This document shows positions 25,211-38,800 of a stretch of DNA of 64,000 bases, piece by piece. The stretch comes from Ophelia neglecta. Taxonomy: Eukaryota. The notes under the pieces are model-generated. The model saw only the letters and a list, made by a program, of their open reading frames with translations, made no database searches and was not told the origin of the DNA. The stretch spans positions 51,398,001 to 51,462,000 of the forward strand of contig OZ260661.1 of assembly GCA_965285935.1 (NCBI GenBank). Direction: 5' to 3'. Both the position numbers and the translations under genes were made by a program. Each line of letters starts with the position of its first letter. Position 1 is the stretch's first letter.

Positions 25211-27403
25211 AGCGTCACTCTCAACACAGAGAAAAGGAATATGCAACATGTTGAAGATATTGAAGAGGAACTAGAAAGTTTGACCGAGATTGATATGCCA
25301 ATAGTTCAAGAGGTTGATGATAATCTAAGCAAACATTTAGTCGCTGCAATAATTCAAGTAATAGCGAGGACGCTAGAATTGCCAGATGCTAGATGCCAAC
25401 CTGGACATACATCTCCTGTCACATTGAAGTGAAATTTGGTTGGAATTGAAACACCAAAACCCTTTTTAATAACAGGTTGGATCATATGGCATGGAGTTCT
25501 GCAACGGCTAAAAAAGCGTGACTTAATCAAACAGCATTCTGAGGCTATCACGGTGTAGAAAAGCTAAAGAATCTTCCTTCTTAAAGTTAGACACTATAAA
25601 AACCAAATACTTTTCTGAATTCTAGGAATTATAGTCTTACCATACAAGTTATTATTTATATAGCTATTTCTTCTATCAATGTATATTTGCGTATGCATTC
25701 TATCTTTCTGATAATCATGATAATTATTTTATGAAGAAATACGTTTTTAAAGACTACTTGATTAGAAGAAAAGAATTAAAAAGGTTAAAGGGACATCCAA
25801 ACTGTCATCTGTGAAACAGTGTTATATCTTAGTAGCATCTGACGAGTCCAATCAGTTTGGACTTATTTTACTTAAAATAATGTTTGAGTGAACAATGAAT
25901 CACATGTGGGATACAATAAAATGAATAGGCTTGCATACTGACATCACAAAAACCATAGCTTTGACCTACGTTGACGTGACAATGAATAGTGGAATAATAT
26001 CGTAGCGAACATTTTTAATATATTCCTTAAATATCACAAAATAATGAAGATATATGCCTAATGAACATGGAAACGGTATTGAACATTACCCTTGTAGGAA
26101 TTGTTTAGTTCATTTACATGTTTATTATAAACCATCATGCCAATCCCTTACTCTTGATCATACTTTTAGTGTATGTAGACACCTTATTCCTGCGAAATGC
26201 AACATTACATTTCATAAGACATAAAAGTATCCCTCATGTAAACGTTTTCTTTAGATAAGATTAATGTAGCAATATTCGTAAAACAAACATATTCTACAGA
26301 CTCTTTGTGCCTGTGATTTGCCCTTTCGTGCAACTGCAGTACATGTGCAATTTGAACAGTAGTATTTGTGTATTTGAGGAGCTTACTGAGCATATCAAAC
26401 CTCAATCTAGGAATGTTGATTCATGGTGATATTTCTCTGCTTCCACGACAATCTAAGAATGTAAGACATAAGCCCTACAATTACGAACACATTTAATTCT
26501 GAGTCAGCGTGGTTTGCTCGCATGTGACAGTGTGATCTAGGCTAGGCATGTGTGGTATGTATCTATTTTTGCCTAAATATTTGCAGATGATTGTACAACA
26601 TTATTCCAGGAACATTAGTAAGTGAACATATATACATGTTCCTTCATGGAATACGCGCTAGTCTACATACACGAGATGATCGTCATAGCTTATGTATGAA
26701 AAAAGTATATGACAATTAGACATTTATCGGTCAAAACCATTTCACCGTGAGTAACACTACATAGGTGTTAATGATAATCACTAATGACTTAATTTAACAT
26801 ATTGTGAACCATATCCCACATAACAAGCTGCTTGGAGTCCGAAACTGTGATGTCTTTTCGTTTCGTAGACATCTTTTTGTAACGATTAAGCCTGCTGTTG
26901 GGTACTTAGGGATATTCGGGTTGCAATAATGCCGTGGTAACATAGCCTTAACCTCTTTTCATGAGGTTAATTAGGTTAGATCTCAAATCTAGGGTGTCCT
27001 ACCAGCGTTTAAATCAATATCTGGTATTGCCAGGCACAAGAGTAGAGTATATTCGATGGTTAGCATGTTAAAGTTATTGTGGACATATTGTTTTCTTGGA
27101 TCAAAGGAGGCATTGGCTACAGTGGACGTCATTGAAGGAGGGCTTGTGGATTCTTTTCAGCCCTTTCCACCATGAAGATACTAGGCCTATATGTATATGA
27201 GTCACATACTTCCATGAATGTTTGGAGAGCTGGGTACAACTGGCACTACAGTTTCCAGGTACCTGTCACACGCTCCTTGACTTGGTCGACAATAAGTCGT
27301 CTCCACGTGGATTTTAGAAGGATGACACCCGGTTCATGTTCATTTATGTCACTGATATTATTCTAGAAGCAAAAACAGCCGTATGTGGCACGGACGCGTT
27401 TGG

Positions 27404-30400
27404 ACGAACATAAAGTTGGCTGCCAGTTGCCAGTTGCCAATTTATTTTTATTCATTAAACGTGAAGCTGGCTGCCAGTTGCCAGTTGCCAGTTGCCAGTT
27501 GCCAATTCAACTTTTTACGCAAAAATGAAACTACAATAGGAAAAAGGTGATCATGAAACAAATAAACAATCTCCTTTATTATATTTTATGTTTTCATGTA
27601 TTTATTTCAATGTATTTATGTTTCTTTTTAAAGCAGAGACCTGAATTTGGAACTGAGAAATCGAACTGGCAGCTGGGTATGCCACGACTCGCTTAAGCGT
27701 ATAATCATCATATAATCACACAAAACAGTCTTAAAATCAATTTTTCTATCAATCGGTATCATTTTTTATGAGTATACTACTTTGACCTATGTCAAACAGC
27801 TGAAAGAGTGAAACACAGGAAGTAGGGTTTTAAACACATAAAACTATATTTATTTCATTTGAAAACAATCCCAACATCATCTTTAGGTCTTCATTCATGA
27901 ATCTAGAAAATTTCAACGCACAACATTACTTAGTTATATAGCGGAAGCAAGCGGAAACCCGAAATGGCAGCTGAGATATCGAACTGGCAGCTTGGTCTGC
28001 CACGACTCGCTTAAGCGTATAATCATCATATAATCACACAAAACAGTCTTAAAAGCAATTTTTCTATCAATCGGTATCATTTTTTATGAGTATACTACTT
28101 CGACCTATGTCAAACAGCCGAAAGGTTGAAACACAGGAAGTAGGGTTTTAAACACATAAAACTATATTTATTTCATTTGAAAACAACTCCAACAGCATAG
28201 GTCTTCATTCATGAATATGAAGAATTTCAACGCACAACATTACTTAGTTATAGCGAAAGCAAGCGAAAACTCGAATTGGCAGCTGAGATTTCGAACTGGC
28301 AGCTGTGTCTGCCACGACTCGCTTAAACATATAATCATCATATTATCGCATAAAACTGTCTTAAAATCAATTTTTCTATCAATCGGTATAATTTTTTATG
28401 AGCATACTACTTTGACCTATGTCAAACAGCCGAAAGAGTGAAACACAGAAAGTAGGGTTTTAAACACATAAAACTGTATTTATTTCATTTGAAAACAATC
28501 CCAACATCATCTTTAGGTCTTCATTCATGAATCTTAAAATCTTAAGGTAGTTGCAAGAATTGCGACCGGTAGCTCGTGCCGAGTGATTTTGCCAAAGCGG
28601 CGAAATTTTCAGTAAAAGTTGAAATTTCAAATTTTGCACTTTGCGCATGTGCATAGGATTTTTGGCGACCAAACGAAAGTCGGGTCCAAAAGATTCAGTT
28701 TAAAAAATTCAAGTCTCTAACTCTTTTATTAAACGAGATACGGGCCGCGAGATTTGAAACGAGGTTTTGGCCATATCTCGGAAAATAAGGTTCAAAGCGC
28801 CAAACAGACGAAACCAAACTACGTCTAAAGCGTTTTTTTTTTCTTTTTTGTACCTGACAGAATGGCACCTGCCATTTTCCTGTGCGACGCCATGGCGCCT
28901 ACCGGACCCTCAAAAACACATTTTCCCACACACACTGTGTGAAAATCTGAAGGTGAACGGGCAGGAATTGCGACATGTAGCCAAAGTCAAAATTTCAAAT
29001 TTCAAATGTCACAGTGTTGACTTGTTGATAAACAGGACATATTCCCATTCACATTCAGGACTTGGAGTATTTTACCAAACTTACACTATATTTGAGGAAG
29101 CTTTGGACTCTGAGAAACTGCAAATACGCCCCGAATAATGCGGTATGATAGATATTATTTATATTTTCATCTGTCACTCGTATTGTTTTGTGTGTAACAC
29201 TTCACTGAAGGATATGAATGTGTCATGATATGGACGTGTGCTGTATGATACATGGTAAGTTAACATGATTTTTCTTATCTATCTGACAACACCTATCTTC
29301 ATAGACCCTTTGATCTATGGGACTACCTGGTTTCGACTCTCTCGATTGCTTGATATGTTTTCGCCAAAGCGGCGAAACTTCAAATTTTGCAATTTGCGCA
29401 TGCGCATAGGATTTTTGGCGACCAAACGAAAGAAGGGTCCAAAAGAATCAGTTTAAAACAAAATTCAAGTCTCTAACGCTATTCTTAAGCGAGATACATC
29501 GCGATTTGACGCATACCGGACCCTCAAAAACGCATTTTCCCAGATAACTCGCGACTTCCGGTAGGTACAATCACCAAAAACCACTTATGTGGAAATCGAC
29601 CACACACATTTTGTGAAAATCTTAAGGTGATCGGGCAAGAATTGAGACCTGTAGCTCGTGCCGAATGATTTTCAAAGGCAAAATCGTACGTGAGCACGTA
29701 AATACGGGCACGTCAACATACATACATTATTTAAGCCTACCACAAATGAAAAAAAGGTGGTTTTAAACTGATTCTTTTGGACCCTTCTTTCGTTTGGTCG
29801 CCAAAAATCCTATGCGCATGCGCAAATTGCAAATTTTGAAATTTTGACTTTCACTGATAATTGGGCCGCTTTGGCAAAAACATATCAAGCAATCGAGAGA
29901 GTAGAAACCAGGTGGTCCCATAGATCAAAAGGTCCATAAAGAGAGGTGTTGTAAGATATAAGATAAGATGTGAATATTTATTTCATTTGAAAACAAACCC
30001 AACATCATCTTTAGGCCTTCATTCATGAATCTAAAAATCTTTTGGACCCTTCTTTCGTTTGGTCGCCAAAAATCCTATGCGCATGCGCAAAGTCAAAATG
30101 TGAAATTTTGACTTTCACTGATAATTGGGCCGCTTTGGCAAAAACATATCAAGCAATCGAGAGAGTAGAAACCAGGTGGTCCCATAGATCAAAGGGTACA
30201 TAAAGATAGGTGTTAAAAGATAGATAAGATAAATCATGTTAACTTACCATGTATCACACAGCACACGTCCATATCATGACACATCCATATCCTTCATTGA
30301 AGTGTTACACACGAAACAATACGAGTGACAGATGAAAATATAAATAACATCTATCATACCGCATTATTCGGGGCGTATTTGCAGTTTCTCAAAGTCCAAA

Positions 30401-30950
30401 GCTTCCTCAAATATAGTGTAAGTTTGCTAAAATACTCCAAGTCCTGAATGTGAATGGGAATATGTCCTGTTTAGAAAAGATTGCTTTTAAGACTGTTTTG
30501 TGTGATTATATGATGATTATATGTTTAAGCGAGTCGTGTCAGACCCAGCTGCCAGTTCGAAATCTCAGCTGCCAATTCGGCTTTCAGCTTGCTTCCGCTA
30601 TAACTAAGTAATGTTGTGCGTTGAAATTCTTCATTGATTTTAAGACTGTTTTGTGTGATTATATGATGATTATATGCCTAAGCAAGTCGTGGCATACCCA
30701 GCTCCCAATTCAGGTCTCTGCTTTAAAAAGAAACATAAATACATTGAAATAAATACATGAAAACATAAAATATAATAAAGGAGATTATTTATTTGTTTCA
30801 TGATCACCTTTTTGCTATTGTAGTTTCATTTTTGCGTAAAAAGTTGAATTGGCAACTGGCAACTGGCAACTGGCAGCCAGCTTCACGTTTAATGAATAAA
30901 AATGAATTGGCAACTGGCAACTGGCAACTGGCAGCCAACTTTATGTTCGT
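27404..30950. mobile_element. Foldback-type non-autonomous DNA transposon, 3547 bp (Mutator/FB-like)
   Basis: Termini ACGAACATAAAGTTGGC...GCCAACTTTATGTTCGT; TIRs >300 bp containing (GCCAGTT)n; direct repeat CGCGTTTGG at 27395-27403 and 30951-30959; internal ~315-bp tandem units and nested inverted blocks. Confidence 0.92.
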
Positions 30951-30959
30951 CGCGTTTGG

Positions 30960-32290
30960 GTTAACGGCACTCATGCGTACGGTCGTAATATCGCCGTATA
31001 AGTTAACGACAGTGATGCCACCATCCTAGAAATGATCCGGAATTACGGACTTTCAATATTGTCCTGTAATTTAGTAAGGAATCATTTTAATGAAACAATT
31101 GTCGGATGTAAACTTTTCATACCAGAGGATCAAATAGAAAAGGCCCTGGCTAAAGACTTTTGGCCATCTGATGCGAGCTGCCGTAGATGGAAACAATGCA
31201 ATAAAACTAATGATCACTATCCGAATAGCTGGTCGTCGAGAGAAGAGGAACAGGACATTCGGTACGCTAGTGCAGAGTACCGTAGGAACCAGCCAAATAT
31301 TAGCGCGCATAACCGTGATTACGATCACAGGGATAACCCATACCTTCATTGAGGTGTGGTTTCTTTTTCTTTGTAAATCAGGTGTTAATTATAATGTTTT
31401 ATGCACTGATCTTCTCATTTTTCCTTCACGCCACTTTCATGCACCCAACACTGAAAATCGCATTACTAAACGTCAGGGGTTTAGGAGATCCGTCTAAGTG
31501 GAGAGAAGCATTCTGCTGGCTAAAAAGTCAAAACAATAGGGGATGTTTTCTACAAGAAACTCACATCAGCCAGTGGCAGGTATGTGGGAAAAAGAATGGG
31601 GGGGGGGGGGGCGGGGGCGGGGATGTTCGGTACTCCCACGGTTGTTCTAATTCAAGGGGAGTTGCCGTATTAATCCACCGAAAGTGAGAAATTTTTTTAA
31701 TCTTTCCGTTAAAACAGATGTTTGTGGGCGTTTCATCATTGTAAACTGCAGTATCGAAGGATGTGAATTTCTATTTGTTAATGTGTATGGGCCCAATGAC
31801 GATAATCCGAGATTCTTTGAAAACATGTTCAATGCGCTTAACGAATACCTCAAAAATAATTTGAAAATCGGTTGTGATTTTAATGTGGTGCCTAATGTAA
31901 ATTTTGATAAGCAAGGTGGTAGGCCGCAAAGTAGTCCCGCATGTGCTAACATCATAAGTAAATTTAAACATATTTACAATTTAGTAGATATATGGAGAAT
32001 ACTTAACCCAATCGAGAAAAAATACACATGGTTTCAGCATAAGTCAAATATTGCCTGCAGGCTGGACTATTTTCTAACCTCCATGTCATGTTTATCTAAT
32101 ATCACAAAAGCTGATATCAAAGCCGGGTATAAAACAGATCATTCCCTGGTTAGCCTCAGTTACAATATTACACAGGAGCACCCAAGGGGAAGGTCGTACT
32201 GGATGCTAAATACATCATTACTAAGCGACAACGACTATAAAAAACTAATTAAACAGACTATATCGGTAACAGTGAATGATAACCCAAAAA
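30960..32290 (+). mobile_element. LINE remnant: ORF1 C-terminus plus L1/Tx1-type APE endonuclease, truncated before RT
   Basis: ORF1-like VGCKLFIP...FWPSDASCRRW; endonuclease motifs LNVRGL, FLQETH, SHG..SRGVA, VNVYGPN, GCDFN, LVDIWR, YTW, RLDYFL, TDHSLV, YWMLNTSLL; frameshift near 31685. Confidence 0.9.
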
Positions 32291-32830
32291 TAAATGAACT
32301 ACCACAAAATGTAAATAATACCCAAGGTCCTCTTCATGTTAATGTTCCTGTTATTGATGAGGAAATTCTTGAATATTTAACCACTGTTGCTTTACGCAGA
32401 TCACAACGGTCAAATAAGGGTAATCATTCTAATCCTCATCACTTGCTAATGTCAGCAGTAAAGAGCAATGTATGTGTTTTGTCTTTTACTGATGACATAT
32501 TTGTCTAGACTATGTAATTGACTTGGTTTATCATAGAACTAGCTGTTGTGTTAAAATAATTTATTACTCACCAGTATTGGTTATTATTACTATGTACACT
32601 AAATTGTGAGATGCGCATTAATTAAGATTTTCTGTATTGAATACAAGCTTAAAAGGAATTCCGACAGCAGATTTATATTATTGCATCAGTAAAATAATTG
32701 ATGCAATTTCCTATGTTGCGCAATCAAAAATATTGTTTTATGCCATTTAAAAGAAGAAAAACACGTAATTCCTAATTGGTAATCATGAGGACATGATTAG
32801 ATTTAAGCAGGGAAGTATTTGGGAATGTAG
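32291..32830 (+). mobile_element. Gypsy 3' remnant (pol C-terminal tail and PPT-like region)
   Basis: LRRSQRSNKGNHSNPHHL resembles the Gypsy pol tail RRSxRxTAGxHSNPHHLP; hairpin AATCATGAGGACATGATT followed by purine tract AAGCAGGGAAG at ~32781-32815. Confidence 0.55.
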
Positions 32831-35800
32831 TATTTGTCAGTTATGATGATATATGTTGCATTTATTTTAATTGTCTACTATGCGGCGACACCGGGTCACC
32901 GATGCCAGTTAACTAGAAAAATATTGAATCTACCTGGCAACTGACCGAATAGGCCCTAGTATTTTTGTAGGATTTAAATCCAGTCCTCTACTGGATATTA
33001 TATATTCCTTTACTCTGTACAGATCGTCTAATAGTCGCTGAATAAATATATGTACTCGAACCCGGTATTTTCTTTATATTTTGACCCATCAAACATGTCA
33101 ACCCAAATACCACAATGGGCTTAGACAGTGTTGAATGTATAGGCCTATTTTATCCTTCATAGGCTAATCATAAACTGCTAATCATGATTGTACACGAGGG
33201 TCGTAATCATAACACATTAATAGGCCTACTTATTTCTCAGTCAAAGATGACAAATTTCCTATCGAAAACAATGGTAGGCAATATATTATTATTACCAAGG
33301 AAATGACATCATTAGAGTGATAGGCCTTGTACTACGAGTTTAATAGTAGATTATATAGAAATGGTTTGGCGCTCAGTGAACGTATCCTACTGAACACATT
33401 AGTTGAGAGAAGAAGAATTACGGACGCTTGCCGTTACTAAGGGCTATTTTTTTTATCCAATATTAAAGGAAATTACAGAACAAGTCCTGAGATCCTTATA
33501 GCCATTCATTCCGAAAAAAATCAAATAAACTAGTTCTTAAGGCACAATAATAGTCACGTGTTAGCAGTTAACAGCCCCTGTTCCTGTTCAAAGGTGATCA
33601 ATGACATTTAGAAGAACATTAACCCTCTCCTTACTGCGGCGGTAGCAAAGTTTGAACCCACATTGTGAAAACCCCGCTCCTCCTATATATTAGTACAGTA
33701 AAAATTTTGTGATCCTCCCTGGTTTGGAGGTCACCCTTTTATGACCCTCTTTCCGCGGAGTAATGTAAGCGTACAAAGAATTCCATGATGCATGATATCT
33801 ACGCTGGGAGAAACAAAGTGAGACAATCCTCCTCTTAAATTTGCCCCCCCCCCCCCCCGGATGTTAATTATGGACATTCTCTACACTCATAAAAGCCACC
33901 TTTCTTAAAACTGGTTGCGGTTTGATGAATTTCAGCAATGTAAAAGGTCTCTGTTCCCACACAACATGAAATGCCGAGGTACCACGTGTGAGCTACACTG
34001 CAAAGTGTCAACCTGCTTTACTACCTCGTCGCCAACAACGTCAGTATAAGGCCTATGTCCAAAACAGCGCGTTGGTTGCCTACCTTTGCCTGATGCTCGG
34101 CTGATATTTGGTTCACCGCTTTTTTGGGTGATAAATTCCAATCAAATCGACGCCTGAGGTTTGATCATTTAGACTTTATTTTGCAGTCACGCTAATAAGT
34201 CCAGACAATGCGATGTAGCCAACATGCTATGAGAGTTATTGGGAGGAGAATCATTTAATACTAACGCTGCACAAAATTTCTTCTCATTATCAATCATTTT
34301 CTTCGGGCTTGGACAAACAATATGTTTTGTGGCAAACCCACACGTGTATTCTTCATTGTCTGACATACATTTGAAAGAACTGACTAAAACAGGTTGGTTA
34401 TTTGTATTGTGAAGGTTGCTATAGGCCAATGGTATTCTATAGGATCTTTTTCATTGTTCGGAATATAATTACTGCCGAACACCCAAGGGTCCCTAAAATG
34501 GGAAAAGTTCCTGTTATATTCGGAGTCCTAACTATCCGAATTGTCTTAAACCCCAGGCTGCCTTTTTGTTCTAGAAATTCTTAGTTTTATCTTATTATTA
34601 GTATCTTAAAGAATCTATGTCGAAGGGCTTCCAGCAGGCATCTGGTTTTAATACTGGTCATAATTGCTGAGTGTTTTTCACGCTTTATAAACTTTTTACC
34701 CATTGTTACATTTGAGGGCATATTATGTTATGCCTAAAATTTTATACACTGTTAACATTCATTGTCATCCGAGATCATTACGATGTCTACAAATTTATGC
34801 TAGACAAGTTAAATATTGTTGGCACATTGATAACAAGTCCACCGATTAAGGCAGGCCACGAATATATGCAAGCGCAGCACGTATTCATGTAAAAGACAAA
34901 ATAACCATCTCGATAACGTTTGTGTCTCATAAATGCAACTGTCTCGCAGTAAAAGAAATCACCATGAATAATGTATGTTTCTTGTAGGAGCCAATTTTCT
35001 CGTGCAAGATGACGCAAAAAGGGCATGTTCAATTTTCCTTGCAACAAGTGCCAACACAACAAAACCTCTGTGATATATAAACATATCAGGGAGCCCTCAC
35101 TTCGACTATATGTTATATTATATCGCTCAAATTCAATCTTGAGCTGATAACCATTGAAAGCGAATGTAACTGTAAAAATGATTATTCGACATGTCGCCAG
35201 GAAGTTCAATTGATTATCATGACAAGAGTTTAAAACGTAATCGAAACGCCTATTTAGACAATGGTTTAAATATGCTCTGAAAATATTCTGATAAACCTGC
35301 ACTTGAGCGAAGCCCAACTCGAATGTGTTAAGTCTTAACGGGAGTAAGTTATTTAGTATACAAGGTTTCAGTTGGTCTGCCGAGTATCCATTCCCTTGTT
35401 CAGTGAAGTTTGGAAGTCACGTAGTGCAAAACATGATTTATACCTATAGTTACACATGCCATATACATCTTGTCATCTCATGAAAAACTGTTGGGAAATG
35501 ATATTACTGTAAATGAGTTTTGTCTTTTGAATTTAAAGGCACATCTGCTCAAATGGCATGGGCGAGTGGTTCACCGGTCGAAAAGGTTATCTTGCTATCG
35601 GTTACATTGTCATTGATGAGGCTTTTGAAATATGGATGTAACCTGATCAAGCCTCGAAGATGTCAGATCAAAAGTTTATGATGCCCTTTTAATGACCAAG
35701 CTTATTAGAAGATAGGTCTTAGCAAATCAAATACGACCACGGTTTTATTTATGAGGAGACTACGTGCCAAGATTGATTAGCTGAATATAACTTGAGCGAG

Positions 35801-38800
35801 TGGTGAGAGCTTTCACAGAGTTCTCAGCATATCCAATACATCTGTTGCAGGATACGCCAGAAGGCCACGCAGGCAAATGGTTAAGGTTAATAAAAGTACT
35901 GACAAGCAGCTGTAGTCTTGTCCTTTTTATCTAGTTTTAGCATATATGGCCTTGTTTTTCGGTTATCCATCGAGAACTGATTGGGGCGTAATGTTCGAAG
36001 TTCGTAGGGAGAAAAGCTGAAACAGACAAAGAGCGATCGGTTTGCCCATTCGGATCCTTAGAATCAAGCATTCGCCCTTATTTACTAAATCTGATCGTCC
36101 AAAAGACCACGACTTGTCTTTTTCTAAACTATAAAATGGGATATGATGAAATCTTCGCAGTGACAAATCGTCATTTGTGCCGTTTTCGTGCTACATCTTT
36201 TTTTTGAACTGACATTTCTTTAAATGTATCTTACCTCAACTACTTATCAGCCTATCAACTCCGAGATTTTGACAAATTTCAAGTTCAAAGAGAGATTTTT
36301 CAATCAAGTCCTATAAAATGGTTGAAATCGCTTTGGTGTCTATTAAGTGTTACTGTTCGGACACGATCGTTTAATTATTCGTCATGTTAAAGTATATTTA
36401 ACGCTACACTTTTACAAAAACACCAGTGACAGTATTGACACATTTAAAGTTTATTACATATAACATAAAACCATTTTTGTACACATCGATTCCATTGGTT
36501 TTACAGCTTATACTTCGAAAATAGTGCCGTACAACAGAGGGAACCGAGCGGTTATCCGCCTTGAACGTATTACTCCGACTACTAAAATTCCTATGCCATA
36601 AAAGAGCAGCTTGATTGCCGAATAAAGACAAATGGCCACAATGGTATACTGGCTTCACTACAGGTCTAGTCGGTAAATATGATATCATAGATTATAAGGG
36701 CGCTTGGGTTGGGCAAATCACGACTCGTAACTCTTATAAGGTATATAATAAACACAATTATTGGATTCCCCTTGAATTAATGTTGTTGGTGGAAATTCAG
36801 AGAATAATTCCATATTTAGTATAGTGGTGTAGTGTCGCTTTATTAGTTTAGGAACACATTAATATTTACTATAATTTGCATATAGGCAAACCTACATTTA
36901 TGTGCAATATAAAAACATTTAACATATAAACGACGTGCATGTTATCACCAGTTAAGAATTGCTCTGTCGAAAGGATGACAATTCTTTTTCGTTAAGGAGC
37001 GAAATGCCAAAATAAATGCATCGAGGACAACATTTAACGTATTTTTTTAATAAATGAGGGAAAATTATATGGTCAACGATTTTAATTCACGCTCTTATTA
37101 ACACACTTTTGGTATGCCTTCAGGCCTTTAGTGAATAATGTTATCAACCTGTCAATGCGGTGCGATGTTATATGGTGGCGTTTACACAGGTGTATGTCGT
37201 GCTGCTGTTTTTGACAGTAAACGATCGAGGGTTGTTGTTATGGCGTTTTGATTAATTTACCAACCAGTGTAAGAGAGGTCAGCTGGCTCTCGCCTATGAT
37301 AACGTGTTCTGACGAGAGTTGAGCTCTAGTATTTGTAGGTTTGGGGTGGTCATTTACAGCTGTGCAAGTATCTCCCCCTGGGGCTATTGACGCTTCGAAT
37401 GACCCATAGGTGATTAACTAGAATGGAGAATGGAGCTCCCTTGCAGCTTACAGAACGATCGCCTCCTCTCAAAATGGACATTTATGGTCTCTTTAGTGTC
37501 GCGCTGAATTTTCTAATTTTCTCACTGGATATAGAATCGAATCCCGAAGCTCATGAATCTTAGTTACGGCCATTTTTACACCAAAGCATGCCAACCTGTG
37601 ATTTCATGTTTGGTGAACTAAATCCCTGTTTATGCTTGCAGGAGCTAGTTGTGATTTAAGAAAAGGGCACATATATCATTTTAAGGTGTTATAGGAATTT
37701 CGAGCACAATGATCACTTTCATTCTCAAAATACGCTGCGCTGGTTTAAATGCTCGTTTCCTAAGTTGATGCCTTCCTAACACGATTCCTGTATTAAACCT
37801 CTATACCTTTAGTTCTTTGAATAGCATGAGGCCTTTTTAATTGTGAATGGTCTAATTATATGCGTATACAAAGCGACTTCCTAATAAGTGATCCATTACT
37901 TAGAAAGGCGAGGTTGTTTTGTTGACGTTGACGTTTTTAAGAGAAAGCGGTATTTTTTGGCACATACAAAACGAGTTGTTTGACTTTGATAACGTAGCCA
38001 TTTCCTCAGTCGGAATCTACATGATGCCATCTATGTAACAATATAATTCAATAGTTCAAAGTCCATAATTACAATTTCAAGCCAATAGAACACTGTCCAA
38101 CAGGTGTCAGCGCTCTGCTTGTTCTCTCTTTTCAGACACTGAGGGACTTAAAAATTTTTTTTTTTTTTTTTTACTTAACTGAGGGGGTCGGGGGGGGGGG
38201 GGGGCATTAAAATGTATTAATGGTTTAGCAGATAGTTATTTGGCAAGACCATGCAATACGTACATTCTTAATGTTGTGATACGACCATTCATGGGAATTC
38301 CCCTCAGGATCTTCACTGCTGTTTGCATGTGCAACACAGTGTGTGGATTTTCCTCTCACTTTTCCACAATTTTTTACCTTTTTCCATGCTTTGATAAATT
38401 TTCCTGTATGTCACTAACTGCCCTTTTTCACACCCTTCATCCAAATCCGCATTAAGTCTAAGCCATGCCATAGAAGGACATCAATCAATAAGCAAATTAA
38501 TCCGCTCGAGACGCTTCTCAAGGGTGTCCATCTGATGAAAAGAGTTCCTAACTATAAAAAAAACTAGTAAATGGTTATTTAGTTTAGGTTTTATTAAGTT
38601 AGTTTCAAAATTGATAACATAAAGGATTATTTGACAGCAGCTGGCCTGACGACATGGAAACAATCCATTCGACTTAGATTAGTTTAACATTACATTAGCT
38701 TGATTTGAACTTAATCATCGGAACTTTCATTGCGTGTTACGGAGATAATGCTAAAGGATCTTAAACTTACAGATTTTTGGAAAAAATGCATGCCAATGCT

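Noticed and set aside
23095-25560. Coding-like fragments at 23.1-23.8 kb and 25241-25550
   Set aside because: Possibly decayed TE proteins, but no diagnostic motif supports a call.
28211-31029. Short ORFs inside the foldback element as a transposase
   Set aside because: No DDE, zinc-finger or other motifs; they are translations of repeat modules.
34787-35317. 176-aa minus-strand ORF
   Set aside because: Non-ATG start, no recognisable motif or convincing splice signals, and composition typical of random AT-rich sequence.
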